This document shows positions 1 through 9,867 of a stretch of 64,000 nucleotides of DNA, piece after piece. Within the stretch, counting starts at the first letter, position 1. Each line of letters starts with the position of its first letter. Below the pieces are notes generated by a model. It worked only from the letters and a program-made list of their open reading frames with translations. It searched no databases and was not told the DNA's origin. Location of the stretch: the IMG/VR virus record IMGVR_UViG_2740892201_000001, positions 24,422-88,421 of that record; one strand, given 5' to 3'. A program made the position numbers and the translations under genes. The DNA comes from a virus (lineage: Duplodnaviria > Caudoviricetes).

Positions 1-15
1 AAGGAACCATAACCG

Positions 16-1014
16 ATGGCTATTATTGGTAACACGGCCCTTACCCTGGCCGACTGGGCTAAGCGTCAGGACCCCGACCTGAAACAGGCTCGCATCATTG
101 AGATGCTGAACCAGAAGAACCCTATCCTGCTGGATATGCCGTTCATCGAATCCAACGCACCTACTCACCACCGCACCACCGTCCGCACCTCGCTGCCCGC
201 CGCTCAGTGGCGTCGCATCAACAAGGGTGTGAGCAAAGGCAAATCGACCACAGCGCAGGTCGATGAAGCTGTTGCGATCATGGAAACCTACTCCGAGGTA
301 GACAAAGAGCTGGCTGACCTGAACGGCAACACCGGTGCATTCCGCCTGTCTGAAGCACAGGCATTTTTGGAAGGTATGAACCAGCAGATGGCTTCGACCC
401 TTTTCTATGGTGACAAGTCTCAAGACCCCGCGTCGTTCGATGGTTTTGCTACGCGCTATAGTGAGCTTGATGCGCAGAACGGCAAAAACATCCTCAATGC
501 AGGCGGCACCGGCGACAACCTGACCTCAATCTACATTGTTGGATGGGGTGATCAGACTGTCCACGGGCTCTATCCAAAAGGCTCGCGAGCTGGGTTGTTC
601 CACAAAGACCTGGGCGAACAAACCCTGAAGGATGAAGACGGCGGACAGTATCAGGGCTATCGCGATCACTTCCAGTGGAAAACCGGCCTTGCTGTCCGTG
701 ACTGGCGCTATGTGGTGCGCATCGCAAATATCGACGTGACCAAAATGCTGGATGAAAAATCAAACGGAAAGTTCGCTACAGACCTGGTGCGCCTGATGAT
801 TGCAGCGACGCACATCCTGCCAGACCGCAGTGCACGCATGGGTATCTACATGAACCGCACGCTGGGTGGCTTCTTTGACATGCAGGCGGTGGAGAAACCA
901 TCTCTCGGCCTGAACATCATCAAAGACACCGAAGGCCGTCCATGGACTGATTTCCGTGGCATGCCGTTCCGCGAAACCGATGCCATTATCGATGGCGAAA
1001 CTGCTGTAGCGTAA
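16..1014 (+). CDS. Major capsid protein (BPP-1 Bbp17 / epsilon15 gp7-like)
   Basis: 332 aa; TLADWAKR..IIEMLNQ.N.IL.D..H.TTVR..LP...WR..N.GV pattern typical of this capsid family; AAGGA RBS. Confidence 0.9.
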   Translation: MAIIGNTALTLADWAKRQDPDLKQARIIEMLNQKNPILLDMPFIESNAPTHHRTTVRTSLPAAQWRRINKGVSKGKSTTAQVDEAVAIMETYSEVDKELADLNGNTGAFRLSEAQAFLEGMNQQMASTLFYGDKSQDPASFDGFATRYSELDAQNGKNILNAGGTGDNLTSIYIVGWGDQTVHGLYPKGSRAGLFHKDLGEQTLKDEDGGQYQGYRDHFQWKTGLAVRDWRYVVRIANIDVTKMLDEKSNGKFATDLVRLMIAATHILPDRSARMGIYMNRTLGGFFDMQAVEKPSLGLNIIKDTEGRPWTDFRGMPFRETDAIIDGETAVA

Positions 1015-1025
1015 GGAGCTAAGCA

Positions 1026-1727
1026 ATGGCAATTCTTGATAATGAGCTGACGTTCTCGAACGCTCAGGCGGTCACTGCGACCGCCGTATCAACCAACGTG
1101 GTTGACCTCGGTGTCGACCGCGATATCGGTATCGGTGAGCCGGTTTATCTGGCTGTGCAGGTTGGTGCAGCATTTGCTGGACTGACTTCACTCACCGTTA
1201 CGCTGCAAACCAGCCCGGATAACAGCGCATGGTCAACCCTGTATCAGTCTGCGGCGATCCCCGTAGCCGACCTGACTGCAGGTGCACAGCCAGTTCGTGT
1301 TGTTGTTCCGTCACGCACTGAGCGCTATCTGCGCGTCAACTATACCGTGGCAGGTACCGGCACCGCTGGCACCGTTACAGCATCGCTGCTGCTCGGTCCG
1401 GATGGCTATCGGGCTTACCCGGCTGGCTCTCCGACGCCAGACTTCTCAGCGGTCACTAACGTTTCTGTTACCGGCGTAAGCGTCAGCCCGACGACGGCAA
1501 GCGTGGCTGTAGGTGCGAACGTGACCCTGACAGCCAGCGTGTCGCCTTCTGACGCGAGCAACCCGGCGATTTCTGCAACCTCATCTAACACCGCAGTGGC
1601 AACCGTGACTCGTTCCGGCAATACCATCACGGTGAAAGGTGTTGCAGCAGGCACGGCAACTATCACCGTCACCACCGCAGACGGCGGCCACACTGCGACC
1701 AGCACCATCACGGTTACTGCATCGTAA
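1026..1727 (+). CDS. Capsid cement/decoration protein (Bbp16-like) fused to a C-terminal Ig-like (Big_2) domain
   Basis: N-terminal ~135 aa (QAVTATAVSTNVVDLG...RYLRVNYTVAG) resembles Bbp16. The C-terminus VTGVSVSPTTASVAVG...SSNTAVATV...GTATITVTT is a Big_2 signature. Confidence 0.85.
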   Translation: MAILDNELTFSNAQAVTATAVSTNVVDLGVDRDIGIGEPVYLAVQVGAAFAGLTSLTVTLQTSPDNSAWSTLYQSAAIPVADLTAGAQPVRVVVPSRTERYLRVNYTVAGTGTAGTVTASLLLGPDGYRAYPAGSPTPDFSAVTNVSVTGVSVSPTTASVAVGANVTLTASVSPSDASNPAISATSSNTAVATVTRSGNTITVKGVAAGTATITVTTADGGHTATSTITVTAS

Positions 1728-1745
1728 CTCTGGTGTATCAGACTC

Positions 1746-1768
1746 AGCCCTCTTCGGAGGGCTTTTTT
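1746..1768 (+). terminator. Intrinsic terminator after the capsid genes
   Basis: AGCCCTC-TTCG-GAGGGCT followed by a T run. Confidence 0.85.
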
Positions 1769-1779
1769 AATGGTGAGAT

Positions 1780-2382
1780 ATGACTACCAAGATAATCGTC
1801 ATAAACCGCGCTTTAGTGAAGCTGGGCGAAGAGCGCCTGATGAGCGAGACGGACAACAACAAAGCTTCCAGAACGATCGAGGCGATTTATGACGGTTTGC
1901 TTGAAAGCCTGCTGCGTGACTATCGCTGGGCGTTCTCCATCAGGCGGGCAAAGCTTGCGGCCCTCAGTGATTCTCCAGCTTATGGATACTCGCACCAGTA
2001 TCAGCTTCCCTCTGATTTCCTCCGGATGGATGAGGTGCTTAATAGCGCGCTGATGAGTCCGCTATGTGGTGCTATTGACCAGCTTCGTGATTCACCCTGG
2101 CAGATTGAAGGCCGGAAGATACTGACCGACATCGAGGCCCCGCTGCACCTCCGTTACGGCGCTAAAGTCACAGACCCGTCGCAGTGGGATAGCTCATTCG
2201 CTGAAGCTTTCGCCTGTCTGCTTGCTTATGAGATGTGCGAATCCATCACGCAGTCCTCAACCAAAAAGCAGGCGGCCGGACAGGACTTCGAAACGGCGAT
2301 CAAGGCAGCACGCGCTGCCAGCGCTATTGAGCGCCCCCGCATTAAGCAGCAGGAAACATCCTGGTTAACATCGAGGTTATAA
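1780..2382 (+). CDS. Tail tubular protein A / head-tail adaptor
   Basis: 200 aa; INRALVKLGE...Y.W.F...Y.Y.LP.D.LR pattern; position after the capsid genes. Confidence 0.8.
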   Translation: MTTKIIVINRALVKLGEERLMSETDNNKASRTIEAIYDGLLESLLRDYRWAFSIRRAKLAALSDSPAYGYSHQYQLPSDFLRMDEVLNSALMSPLCGAIDQLRDSPWQIEGRKILTDIEAPLHLRYGAKVTDPSQWDSSFAEAFACLLAYEMCESITQSSTKKQAAGQDFETAIKAARAASAIERPRIKQQETSWLTSRL

Positions 2383-4692
2383 ATGCCATCAGCTTCCCCA
2401 TCACTCAATAGCTTCAATGCCGGTGAGTTTTCCCCGCTGATGATGGGGCAGACCAACTTTGAAAAGTGGTCATCCGGCGTTAAGTCGATGCTGAATTTCA
2501 TCCCTCGCTCTCAGGGTCCTGCAGAGCGCCGCGGCGGCACCTACTTCGTTTCTGAAGTGAAAAACTCAGGACAGCGAGTATGGCTGGCTAAGTTCGAGTT
2601 CAACACTACGCAGGCGTTTATTCTTGAGTTTGGCCCTCAGTACATCCGATTCTATTCCGACCATGGCGTAGCGCTTAACTCAGACGGCGGAACCCTGGAG
2701 GTAGAGACTCCATTTGTCGCTGGCGAACTGACTAACAGTGATGGCGGGTTTGGCCTTTCGATGGTTCAGAGCGGCGATGTCATCTACATCTGCACGCATA
2801 CCGGCAACCTGCCTCCGTACAAACTGTCGCGGGAGTCCAATACAAACTGGACGATTGAGCCTTTCGATTACTCCGGAGCGCACGGACCGTTTCGCGATAT
2901 CAACTCAGACCGCACCATCACAGTTCACACAGACCAGTTCCGCATCTGGTCGGCCAATGGAGCAACGCGCCCGGATGGTACACCTACAACAACCACTCAA
3001 TGCACCATCTCTGCAAACTCAGCCATTTTCGATTCGAGACATGTGGGCGGGCTCTTCTACATTGAATCGAGCACTGATGCCGTAACTGATGGTACCGGCA
3101 AGGGCGGCTATATTCCGGCTTGGGAGGCAGGGACCACATCAACATTTGCCGTAGGCATGTTTTGCAGAAGTGATGGCAAATACTACGAAGATTTGGACGG
3201 TTCGCAGACTGGCGCAACTCAGCCTACGTGGACGGCAGGTGCTCATCGTGACGGGCCATCAAACGCATCACTCTGGCGGTATTCGAACGGCGGCTGGGGA
3301 ATCATTCAGATCACCTCTGTCGTCAGCAGCACACAGGCCGTAGGCAAAATCCTGACAGAGCTTCCTCCGAGCGTTCGTGAGTCAACCGGCAATACTTATA
3401 AATGGGCGTTTGGTGAGTGGTCTCCCAAATACGGCTTCCCAACAAAGGTGGCTTTCTATAAGAACCGCCTCCTGTTCGCGGCTCGTGGCAAGCTGTGGTT
3501 CTCCGTAGCTTCCGACTATGAGAACTTCACCACCATGACGAATGGGTATGAGGTTCAGTCTGACGATGCAATTAACGTTCAGATTGAAGCTGATTCAACC
3601 AACACCATTCAATGGCTGGCGCCCGGTTCATCTCTGTTGGTTGGCACCGCGGGTGGAGAGCATACATGCTCACCTTCAACCACAACGGCTGCATTCGGGC
3701 CTGACAACATTCAGATAACCAAAGAGTCATCCTATGGCTCAAAAGGCGTCAACGCAGAGCAGGTTGGCGCTACGTCAATGTTTGTTCAGCGCGCCGGATG
3801 CAAAGTCAGGGCAGTCCTGTCTGACTTAGAGAGCGGCTCATACAGTACCAGCGACGTGACAATCCTCGCGGAGCACATAACCCGTGCCGGCATTGTCGAT
3901 ATGGCCTGGCAGCAGGAGCCGGACTATGTGCTTTGGGTCGTACTCGCTGATGGCTCGCTGGTCGCAATGACCTACAACGATGAGCAGAAAGTTACCGCGT
4001 GGCATCGTCACGATTTGAATGGCGATGTGGAGGCTGTCTCCTGCATCCCGGACCCTGACGGTATAAGGGATGACCTGTGGGTCGTGGTGAAGCGAATCGT
4101 CAACGGGGAAACAAAGCGCTATGTCGAGTACCTGAGGGCGGCCTGGGACGCCTCTACTGAATCGCTATCAGAAGCGTTCTATGTTGACTGCGGCCTTAGC
4201 TATCGTGGCGAGCCAACCAAAAGCATCTCAGGCCTGTCGCATCTTGAAGGTGAAAAAGTATCAGTGGTCACTGACGGAGCGGTGCATACAGAGGCTGTTG
4301 TTACCGGTGGTGGTATCTCCCTTGAAACATCGGCATCAGTCGTTCACGTAGGCCTGCCATATCGTTCTGAGCTTGTCACCCTGCCACTGGAGGCAGGCGG
4401 CACGGCCGGCACCTCGCAGGGTAAAACCAAGCGTATCAGCAAGCTGACACTCAGATTCGTTAATACGCTGGGTGGAAAGGCAGGCCAGTTGGGCGGCAAA
4501 TATCTGGACACCATAGAGAGCCGCGACTACTCAGACCTCATGGATAACCCGCCTGCTGCCTTTACTGATGACCGGGATATCGATTTCGCCGGAGGTTATG
4601 ACACTCAGGGGTGCATCAGGGTGGTTCAGGACCAGCCCTTGCCGATGACACTGGTTGCTATCTATCCACGCTCATGGACAACTGGCGAATGA
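2383..4692 (+). CDS. Tail tubular protein B / nozzle
   Basis: 769 aa starting SFNAGEFSP...RRGGT; typical podoviral nozzle. Confidence 0.85.
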   Translation: MPSASPSLNSFNAGEFSPLMMGQTNFEKWSSGVKSMLNFIPRSQGPAERRGGTYFVSEVKNSGQRVWLAKFEFNTTQAFILEFGPQYIRFYSDHGVALNSDGGTLEVETPFVAGELTNSDGGFGLSMVQSGDVIYICTHTGNLPPYKLSRESNTNWTIEPFDYSGAHGPFRDINSDRTITVHTDQFRIWSANGATRPDGTPTTTTQCTISANSAIFDSRHVGGLFYIESSTDAVTDGTGKGGYIPAWEAGTTSTFAVGMFCRSDGKYYEDLDGSQTGATQPTWTAGAHRDGPSNASLWRYSNGGWGIIQITSVVSSTQAVGKILTELPPSVRESTGNTYKWAFGEWSPKYGFPTKVAFYKNRLLFAARGKLWFSVASDYENFTTMTNGYEVQSDDAINVQIEADSTNTIQWLAPGSSLLVGTAGGEHTCSPSTTTAAFGPDNIQITKESSYGSKGVNAEQVGATSMFVQRAGCKVRAVLSDLESGSYSTSDVTILAEHITRAGIVDMAWQQEPDYVLWVVLADGSLVAMTYNDEQKVTAWHRHDLNGDVEAVSCIPDPDGIRDDLWVVVKRIVNGETKRYVEYLRAAWDASTESLSEAFYVDCGLSYRGEPTKSISGLSHLEGEKVSVVTDGAVHTEAVVTGGGISLETSASVVHVGLPYRSELVTLPLEAGGTAGTSQGKTKRISKLTLRFVNTLGGKAGQLGGKYLDTIESRDYSDLMDNPPAAFTDDRDIDFAGGYDTQGCIRVVQDQPLPMTLVAIYPRSWTTGE

Positions 4693-5132
4693 AAATAATC
4701 CCCTATGAACCTCAACACCTGCTGGAAATCACCCCTCAGAAAAGCCAGTCATCACTGGAAAGAACGCCAGAGCGTGCTCATCAGTTAGCCAGCTATCACA
4801 GTTTCACTGGTGTGATTGATGATCGCGTTGTCGCTATCGGGGGGCTGGTTGAGCTTAACCCTATCCGGGCGTATCTGTACCTGATTGTCACAGAAGACAT
4901 CCCACACCAGTGGACTCAGCTGTACCGGGCGGCAAGGCGGCTTATTGATGCGGGTCTGAATGACTATGTCAGGCTCGAAACCATGTCCTCCTTTCCGGAG
5001 GCAGAAAGGTGGCTTGAGCTGATCGGCTTTGAGTATGAGGGAACCATGCGCCGTGCAGGGCCAGATGGTGAGGACGCCAAAATGTACAGCATAGTGAGGT
5101 CTGGTGATGCAATTTACACAGGCAGTAAATAA
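4689..5132 (+). CDS. GNAT-like virion assembly protein
   Basis: Start overlaps the nozzle stop (ATGA); A.RWLELIGF.YEG motif; usual position before ejection proteins. Confidence 0.65.
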   Translation: MKIIPYEPQHLLEITPQKSQSSLERTPERAHQLASYHSFTGVIDDRVVAIGGLVELNPIRAYLYLIVTEDIPHQWTQLYRAARRLIDAGLNDYVRLETMSSFPEAERWLELIGFEYEGTMRRAGPDGEDAKMYSIVRSGDAIYTGSK

Positions 5133-5586
5133 CAACCCAGCCGCATGGTCATCCGTTGCCTCATCGGGTCTGAGCAGCGTAAGCACAATGGCTCAGGGCT
5201 ACACGGCATCACGCAACAGCAACTACAACGCGTCACTGCTTGATCAGCAGGCGCGTACTGTTGCGCTACAGACCGGCTCGCAAACTGCGCAGATTCGCAG
5301 GCAGGGGAGTCAGGCTCTTGCGGGTCAGTCCGCTGCGTTTGCTGATAATGGCACCGGGAGCGGAGGGAGTAACGCACTCATTCAGCGCTCAACTGCGATC
5401 GACACTGAGATGGACGCGGCAACTGCTGACTATAACGGCAGAATGCAGATGGCTGAGCTGCAGAATCAGGCGTCCGCACAGCGGGCTCAGGCAAAAGCAC
5501 AGCGTCCCGGTCTGGTCAGTCTGCTGGGTGGCATCAGTGGCGCGGCAGGAAGTTACTACAGCACTTCGGCAATGACAAAACGGTAG
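5104..5586 (+). CDS. Internal virion (ejection) protein, small
   Basis: A/Q/S/G-rich, 160 aa, expected position. Confidence 0.7.
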   Translation: MMQFTQAVNNNPAAWSSVASSGLSSVSTMAQGYTASRNSNYNASLLDQQARTVALQTGSQTAQIRRQGSQALAGQSAAFADNGTGSGGSNALIQRSTAIDTEMDAATADYNGRMQMAELQNQASAQRAQAKAQRPGLVSLLGGISGAAGSYYSTSAMTKR

Positions 5587-5593
5587 GTTAATA

Positions 5594-8200
5594 ATGGCAC
5601 GAATTCCGGTATACGATCGTCAGGTAGGGTTACGCGCTGGCGGCCCATCTCCGGTTAGCCTGCCGTCGCAGTCAACTGATACTCAGATGCTCCAGCAGGG
5701 CGTCAACTCCTTTGCCGATGCGGCCGTCAGATTGCAGCAGCAGCAGAACTCAGTTCGCGGCACGCAGTACATGACTGACTTTGTTAACTCTCAGTCATCA
5801 CTAGGCAAGGCGCTGAATGACGCTCAGCAGCAATCGAAAGACGGCATCGACTACATCCCGGCTGCACAGCAACTGATTAAGCAACACCAGGAAGATTTCT
5901 TCTCCCAGCACCCCGGCATGAGCGACACCGAAAAGCAGGACTACACCCTTCGCTGGGCGCAGTCACGCGGCCAGCTTGAGAATCAGGCGATTAACTGGGG
6001 CCAGAATCAGGCTAAGCAGATTTCAGTCGCTAACCTGAATGACAGCGCGGCTGCGGTTGGGAATGCGATTCTGCAGGACCCTAACACAGCCAAAGCGCTT
6101 GCCGTTGCCCACCTGCAGGCGATAGACCAGAGCGATCTGGACCCGGCAACGAAGACTGAGATTGCCAGCCGCTCCCGAAACATGTGGGCGCTGTCTGCAG
6201 CGCAGTACGGCATCCAGAAAGATGCTCAACATGTAATCGACCAGCACGGTGCATTTCAGGCAGCTCAGACCGTTGGTGCCGGTGATGGCGCATCAATGCC
6301 ATCAGGCTCGCCTTCCACTCTGGCTACCCGAAATAACAACCCGCTGAATATCCGCTTCAGCAATACGAATAATTGGGCGGGAAAGGGCGGCGATAACGGC
6401 ACTGGCTTTGAGCAGTTTGACACGCCTGACCACGGATTCCGTGCGGGCCTCAAGCTGATGCGTAACCACATCAACAATGGCAGCGATACCCTCTCCAGTT
6501 TAATCAGTAAGTGGGCGCCGGCAGGAGACAACAACAACCCTGTCCAGTATGCGCAGTCAGTGAGCCAGCAAACCGGCATTCCTGTCGACGCAAAACTTAA
6601 CCCTAATGACCCGCAGCAAATGACGGCTGTCGCCAAAGCAATGGCGCGTCAGGAAGGATATGGCGCTCCGGTGAGCGACTCTCAACTGAGCCGGGCATGG
6701 TCATCACAGAGAGATCCGAATCAGCTTGCCCCTGGCGTTCCATGGGGTCAGCTAACCCCTCAGCAGACAAATGGGATCATTAATCAGGCGCAGGCAAAGG
6801 TTGATCAGCAGAATACGCAGCGCCGCCTGCTGATGCAGGACCAGATGCGCAACGACACCGCCCTGATTGAGTCTGGCAATCCGGTCGCAAACCCGATCAG
6901 CCGCGAGCAGTGGATGAGCACAGCACCGCATGACGCCACACCTGAGCAGCTGACTATTCTGGATAAGCAGTTCCAGCAGTACGCACTGCTGAATCAGCTG
7001 CAGCCCATCTACTCCGACATCAATACGAAGTCGGCGGGTGAGGGGCTGGCGTCAGTGCAAGGCATCAGGCCAACGGGAAGCGAGGACGATTTTGCTTTCC
7101 GCCAGCAGCGTTACCAGCAGGCTATCCAGAAATATCAGCAAGTAATCGGCGCTCGTGAAAAAGACCCGGGCGGCTGGCTGGCCCAGAACTCCCCTGAAGT
7201 GAAGGCGGCTTACCAGACCTACCAGCAGGACCCGTCTCAGGGTGCGTTGCTGGCTCAGGCTATTCTGGTGGACAAGTCCCGGCTTGGAATAAAGAGCAAG
7301 GACGTTCTTCCGGATGCGCTGGCTGATGGCATTCTGCAGCAGATTGACACCAGCAAGGAGCAGAGCGTGGCTGCGATTCAGAATATCGCCGGTCAGTTCG
7401 GCCCCTATGCAGATCAGGTTATGCAGCAGGTGCAGAAGAAAGCGGGTCCCGTTCTTCAGGTCGTGATGGCAACGGATAACCCGCGTTCGGCGAATACCTT
7501 GTGGCAGAACCGCAACGTGAAGACCGGCGATATCAAAGACGCAATCAATACGGATAACAAGGGTGCATCTGACTCTGCAGACAGTGAGTGGGCCAGCCAG
7601 TCAAAGGACTTTGCAACCACGATGGTTAATCAGCCTGGTGGCGTTGGCGTCTGGAATAACTTCAACGAACAGGGCCGCCGTCTGACCTACCTCAACATTC
7701 AGAAAGGTATGAGCCCGGGCGATGCAGCAAAGCAGGCCTATCAGGATGTTCTCGGTTCGCAGTATCAGACGCAGGGCTCATGGCGGCTGCCGGTTAAGTA
7801 CGGACTGGATTTGAGTGATGTAAGAGATGGCGCAAATCATTATCTGGAAAACCTGAAGGCAGACCAGATTATGCCGTTGCAGGGTGACCCGCGGCTGGGT
7901 GATGAAATAAACCGGCAGCAAAGCCTTTCTCGAATTCGTGATAATGCAGAGTGGGTAACCAACGCTGATGAAACCGGCCTGATTCTAACGCTGAATGGTC
8001 TGGTGGTTAACGGCAGCAACGGAACGCCTATCACCGCCAACTTCAATGACCTGTCTAAAGCGGGCCAGCAGAATCGAGGGCTGATCAACAGCATCGGCAA
8101 GTTCTTCTCATCGCCAACCAAGTTTGACGCGAAGAAAGGCGGCATGACGCCGGAGCGCGCATTGTTCGGTGATAACTTCCAGCAAGGAGTACAGCGTTGA
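5594..8200 (+). CDS. Internal virion (ejection) protein with lysozyme-like domain
   Basis: 868 aa Q-rich; internal RNNNPLNIR...F.QF.TP..G.RA...I.KWAP..DNNN...Y motif. Confidence 0.75.
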   Translation: MARIPVYDRQVGLRAGGPSPVSLPSQSTDTQMLQQGVNSFADAAVRLQQQQNSVRGTQYMTDFVNSQSSLGKALNDAQQQSKDGIDYIPAAQQLIKQHQEDFFSQHPGMSDTEKQDYTLRWAQSRGQLENQAINWGQNQAKQISVANLNDSAAAVGNAILQDPNTAKALAVAHLQAIDQSDLDPATKTEIASRSRNMWALSAAQYGIQKDAQHVIDQHGAFQAAQTVGAGDGASMPSGSPSTLATRNNNPLNIRFSNTNNWAGKGGDNGTGFEQFDTPDHGFRAGLKLMRNHINNGSDTLSSLISKWAPAGDNNNPVQYAQSVSQQTGIPVDAKLNPNDPQQMTAVAKAMARQEGYGAPVSDSQLSRAWSSQRDPNQLAPGVPWGQLTPQQTNGIINQAQAKVDQQNTQRRLLMQDQMRNDTALIESGNPVANPISREQWMSTAPHDATPEQLTILDKQFQQYALLNQLQPIYSDINTKSAGEGLASVQGIRPTGSEDDFAFRQQRYQQAIQKYQQVIGAREKDPGGWLAQNSPEVKAAYQTYQQDPSQGALLAQAILVDKSRLGIKSKDVLPDALADGILQQIDTSKEQSVAAIQNIAGQFGPYADQVMQQVQKKAGPVLQVVMATDNPRSANTLWQNRNVKTGDIKDAINTDNKGASDSADSEWASQSKDFATTMVNQPGGVGVWNNFNEQGRRLTYLNIQKGMSPGDAAKQAYQDVLGSQYQTQGSWRLPVKYGLDLSDVRDGANHYLENLKADQIMPLQGDPRLGDEINRQQSLSRIRDNAEWVTNADETGLILTLNGLVVNGSNGTPITANFNDLSKAGQQNRGLINSIGKFFSSPTKFDAKKGGMTPERALFGDNFQQGVQR

Positions 8201-9867
8201 CGATTTACACACAAGACCCGGGTCAGGGTATTAACCAGCCAATCGGCAATGCCGCGTCAGGTCTTGGTGAATCGCTTGCTGCTACTTTCGAGCAGGGGTT
8301 TGAAGAAGGACCGTTTAACTCTGCATTGCGCCTTAACCGCGCTTACGGACAGTTAAATGATACCTCATCAGCGATGGTGCCGAAGGCACAGGCTGACGCG
8401 ACGCTGAAGCAGTACGGTGTCAAAAGCATCAACATCCCGGATGAGGGCGTTACCCAGACATATCTGGATAATGTGGTATCGAACCGAAAGGACACGCTGG
8501 CGAAGCAGCAGATCGCCGCTGCAGCTCCATCTGGCTTTGTTGCCACGCCTCTTAACGTGATGGCAAACCTCGCTGGCGCAATGGCAGACCCGGGCAACCT
8601 TGCTTTGGCTCTGGTGCCGTTCGCTGGCGAGGCGCGCGCAGCGACATTGCTTGGGCGTGCCGGAGAGAGATTTCTGCAGGGCGCAGCAATGGGCGGACTC
8701 CAGACCGGCGCAACTCTTCCGACCATGGCAATGGCATCGGCGGCGGAGGGTGATGATTTCACGCTGGGAAGCGCCATGGAGAACCTTTTCTATGGCACGG
8801 TCGGCGGCGGCCTGCTTCATGCCGGTGGCGGAGTAATTGCCGATTTGGTTAGGGGGCGCCGGCCCACCGTCACCAGTGAGTCGCCACTTGAAACAACAGC
8901 GCGTGTTGAGCCTGTTTCTGAGCCGGTATCGCCGAGTCGCGTATCAGCAGGTGAGCCTGATAATGCATCGCCGTTACTTGACCAGACCATTTCACGTGAG
9001 GCTGACAATTACGCCTACAGCCGCGCATATGATGACGTGATCCCTGAGTATCAGCAGTCGCTTCAGAACCTGCAGCAGGGCCGAATCGATAACGTAGCTG
9101 ACCTGCGGGCGGAGATGGCCGCAAATGAGCATGCAGCCAGTCGGCTGGATGCAACGCTTAAATCGCGGACTGAACAATATCAGCAACAGCGTATTAAGTA
9201 TCGCGATGCACGTCAGCGAGCGCTGGCCGATATTGAAAGTGAAAAGCAGGCTCTCTCTTCACGTAACGACGAAATAAATCAGGCTCTGGAAGGTAATGCC
9301 GCGGCAGAGAAAGCCTCAGGGGAGCTAAGCGCAATCGGTCGCGGAGAAATCCCTGACGGACTGGCAGGAAGAATCAGCGATCGTGCCGGTCAGATAAAGT
9401 CCGGGCTGCAGCGCACCTCTCTTGCTGAGGGGGTTCGAACAGCCGCGCAGAGAATCGACGAAGCCCACTGGACTCAGCGACAGAATGCTTTTAGAGCAGG
9501 ACTGTCGCACATGATGCAGGGTAAAGCGCCAGACGTTGAGCCTTTCTTCGATATGACCGCGCCCGAACTGCGGGAGCCATCAATCGAGCAAATCAGAAAA
9601 GGCCCGCGCAGCGATACCGAGCCATCTACAGTGAACGCCAGCAGGGATGCAGAAGCAGACTACCAGCGAGCAAGTCGTGATGATGCTGACCTGCTGAATG
9701 CTCAGGAAGATTTTGAATCTGAGCTGGCGCTGGCTAAAAGCCGTGTCGATGAGCTGGACTCGCCGGAACTGCGTGAGGCGCTGGGTGAAATTCAGAAGCA
9801 AGCCAGTGACGAAAGTCTGGTCAAAGGGTATCAGGAATATGCAGCCTGTATGCTCAGGAGAATGTAA
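8197..9867 (+). CDS. Internal virion (ejection) protein
   Basis: 556 aa, TTG start overlapping the previous stop, helical composition. Confidence 0.7.
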   Translation: MTIYTQDPGQGINQPIGNAASGLGESLAATFEQGFEEGPFNSALRLNRAYGQLNDTSSAMVPKAQADATLKQYGVKSINIPDEGVTQTYLDNVVSNRKDTLAKQQIAAAAPSGFVATPLNVMANLAGAMADPGNLALALVPFAGEARAATLLGRAGERFLQGAAMGGLQTGATLPTMAMASAAEGDDFTLGSAMENLFYGTVGGGLLHAGGGVIADLVRGRRPTVTSESPLETTARVEPVSEPVSPSRVSAGEPDNASPLLDQTISREADNYAYSRAYDDVIPEYQQSLQNLQQGRIDNVADLRAEMAANEHAASRLDATLKSRTEQYQQQRIKYRDARQRALADIESEKQALSSRNDEINQALEGNAAAEKASGELSAIGRGEIPDGLAGRISDRAGQIKSGLQRTSLAEGVRTAAQRIDEAHWTQRQNAFRAGLSHMMQGKAPDVEPFFDMTAPELREPSIEQIRKGPRSDTEPSTVNASRDAEADYQRASRDDADLLNAQEDFESELALAKSRVDELDSPELREALGEIQKQASDESLVKGYQEYAACMLRRM

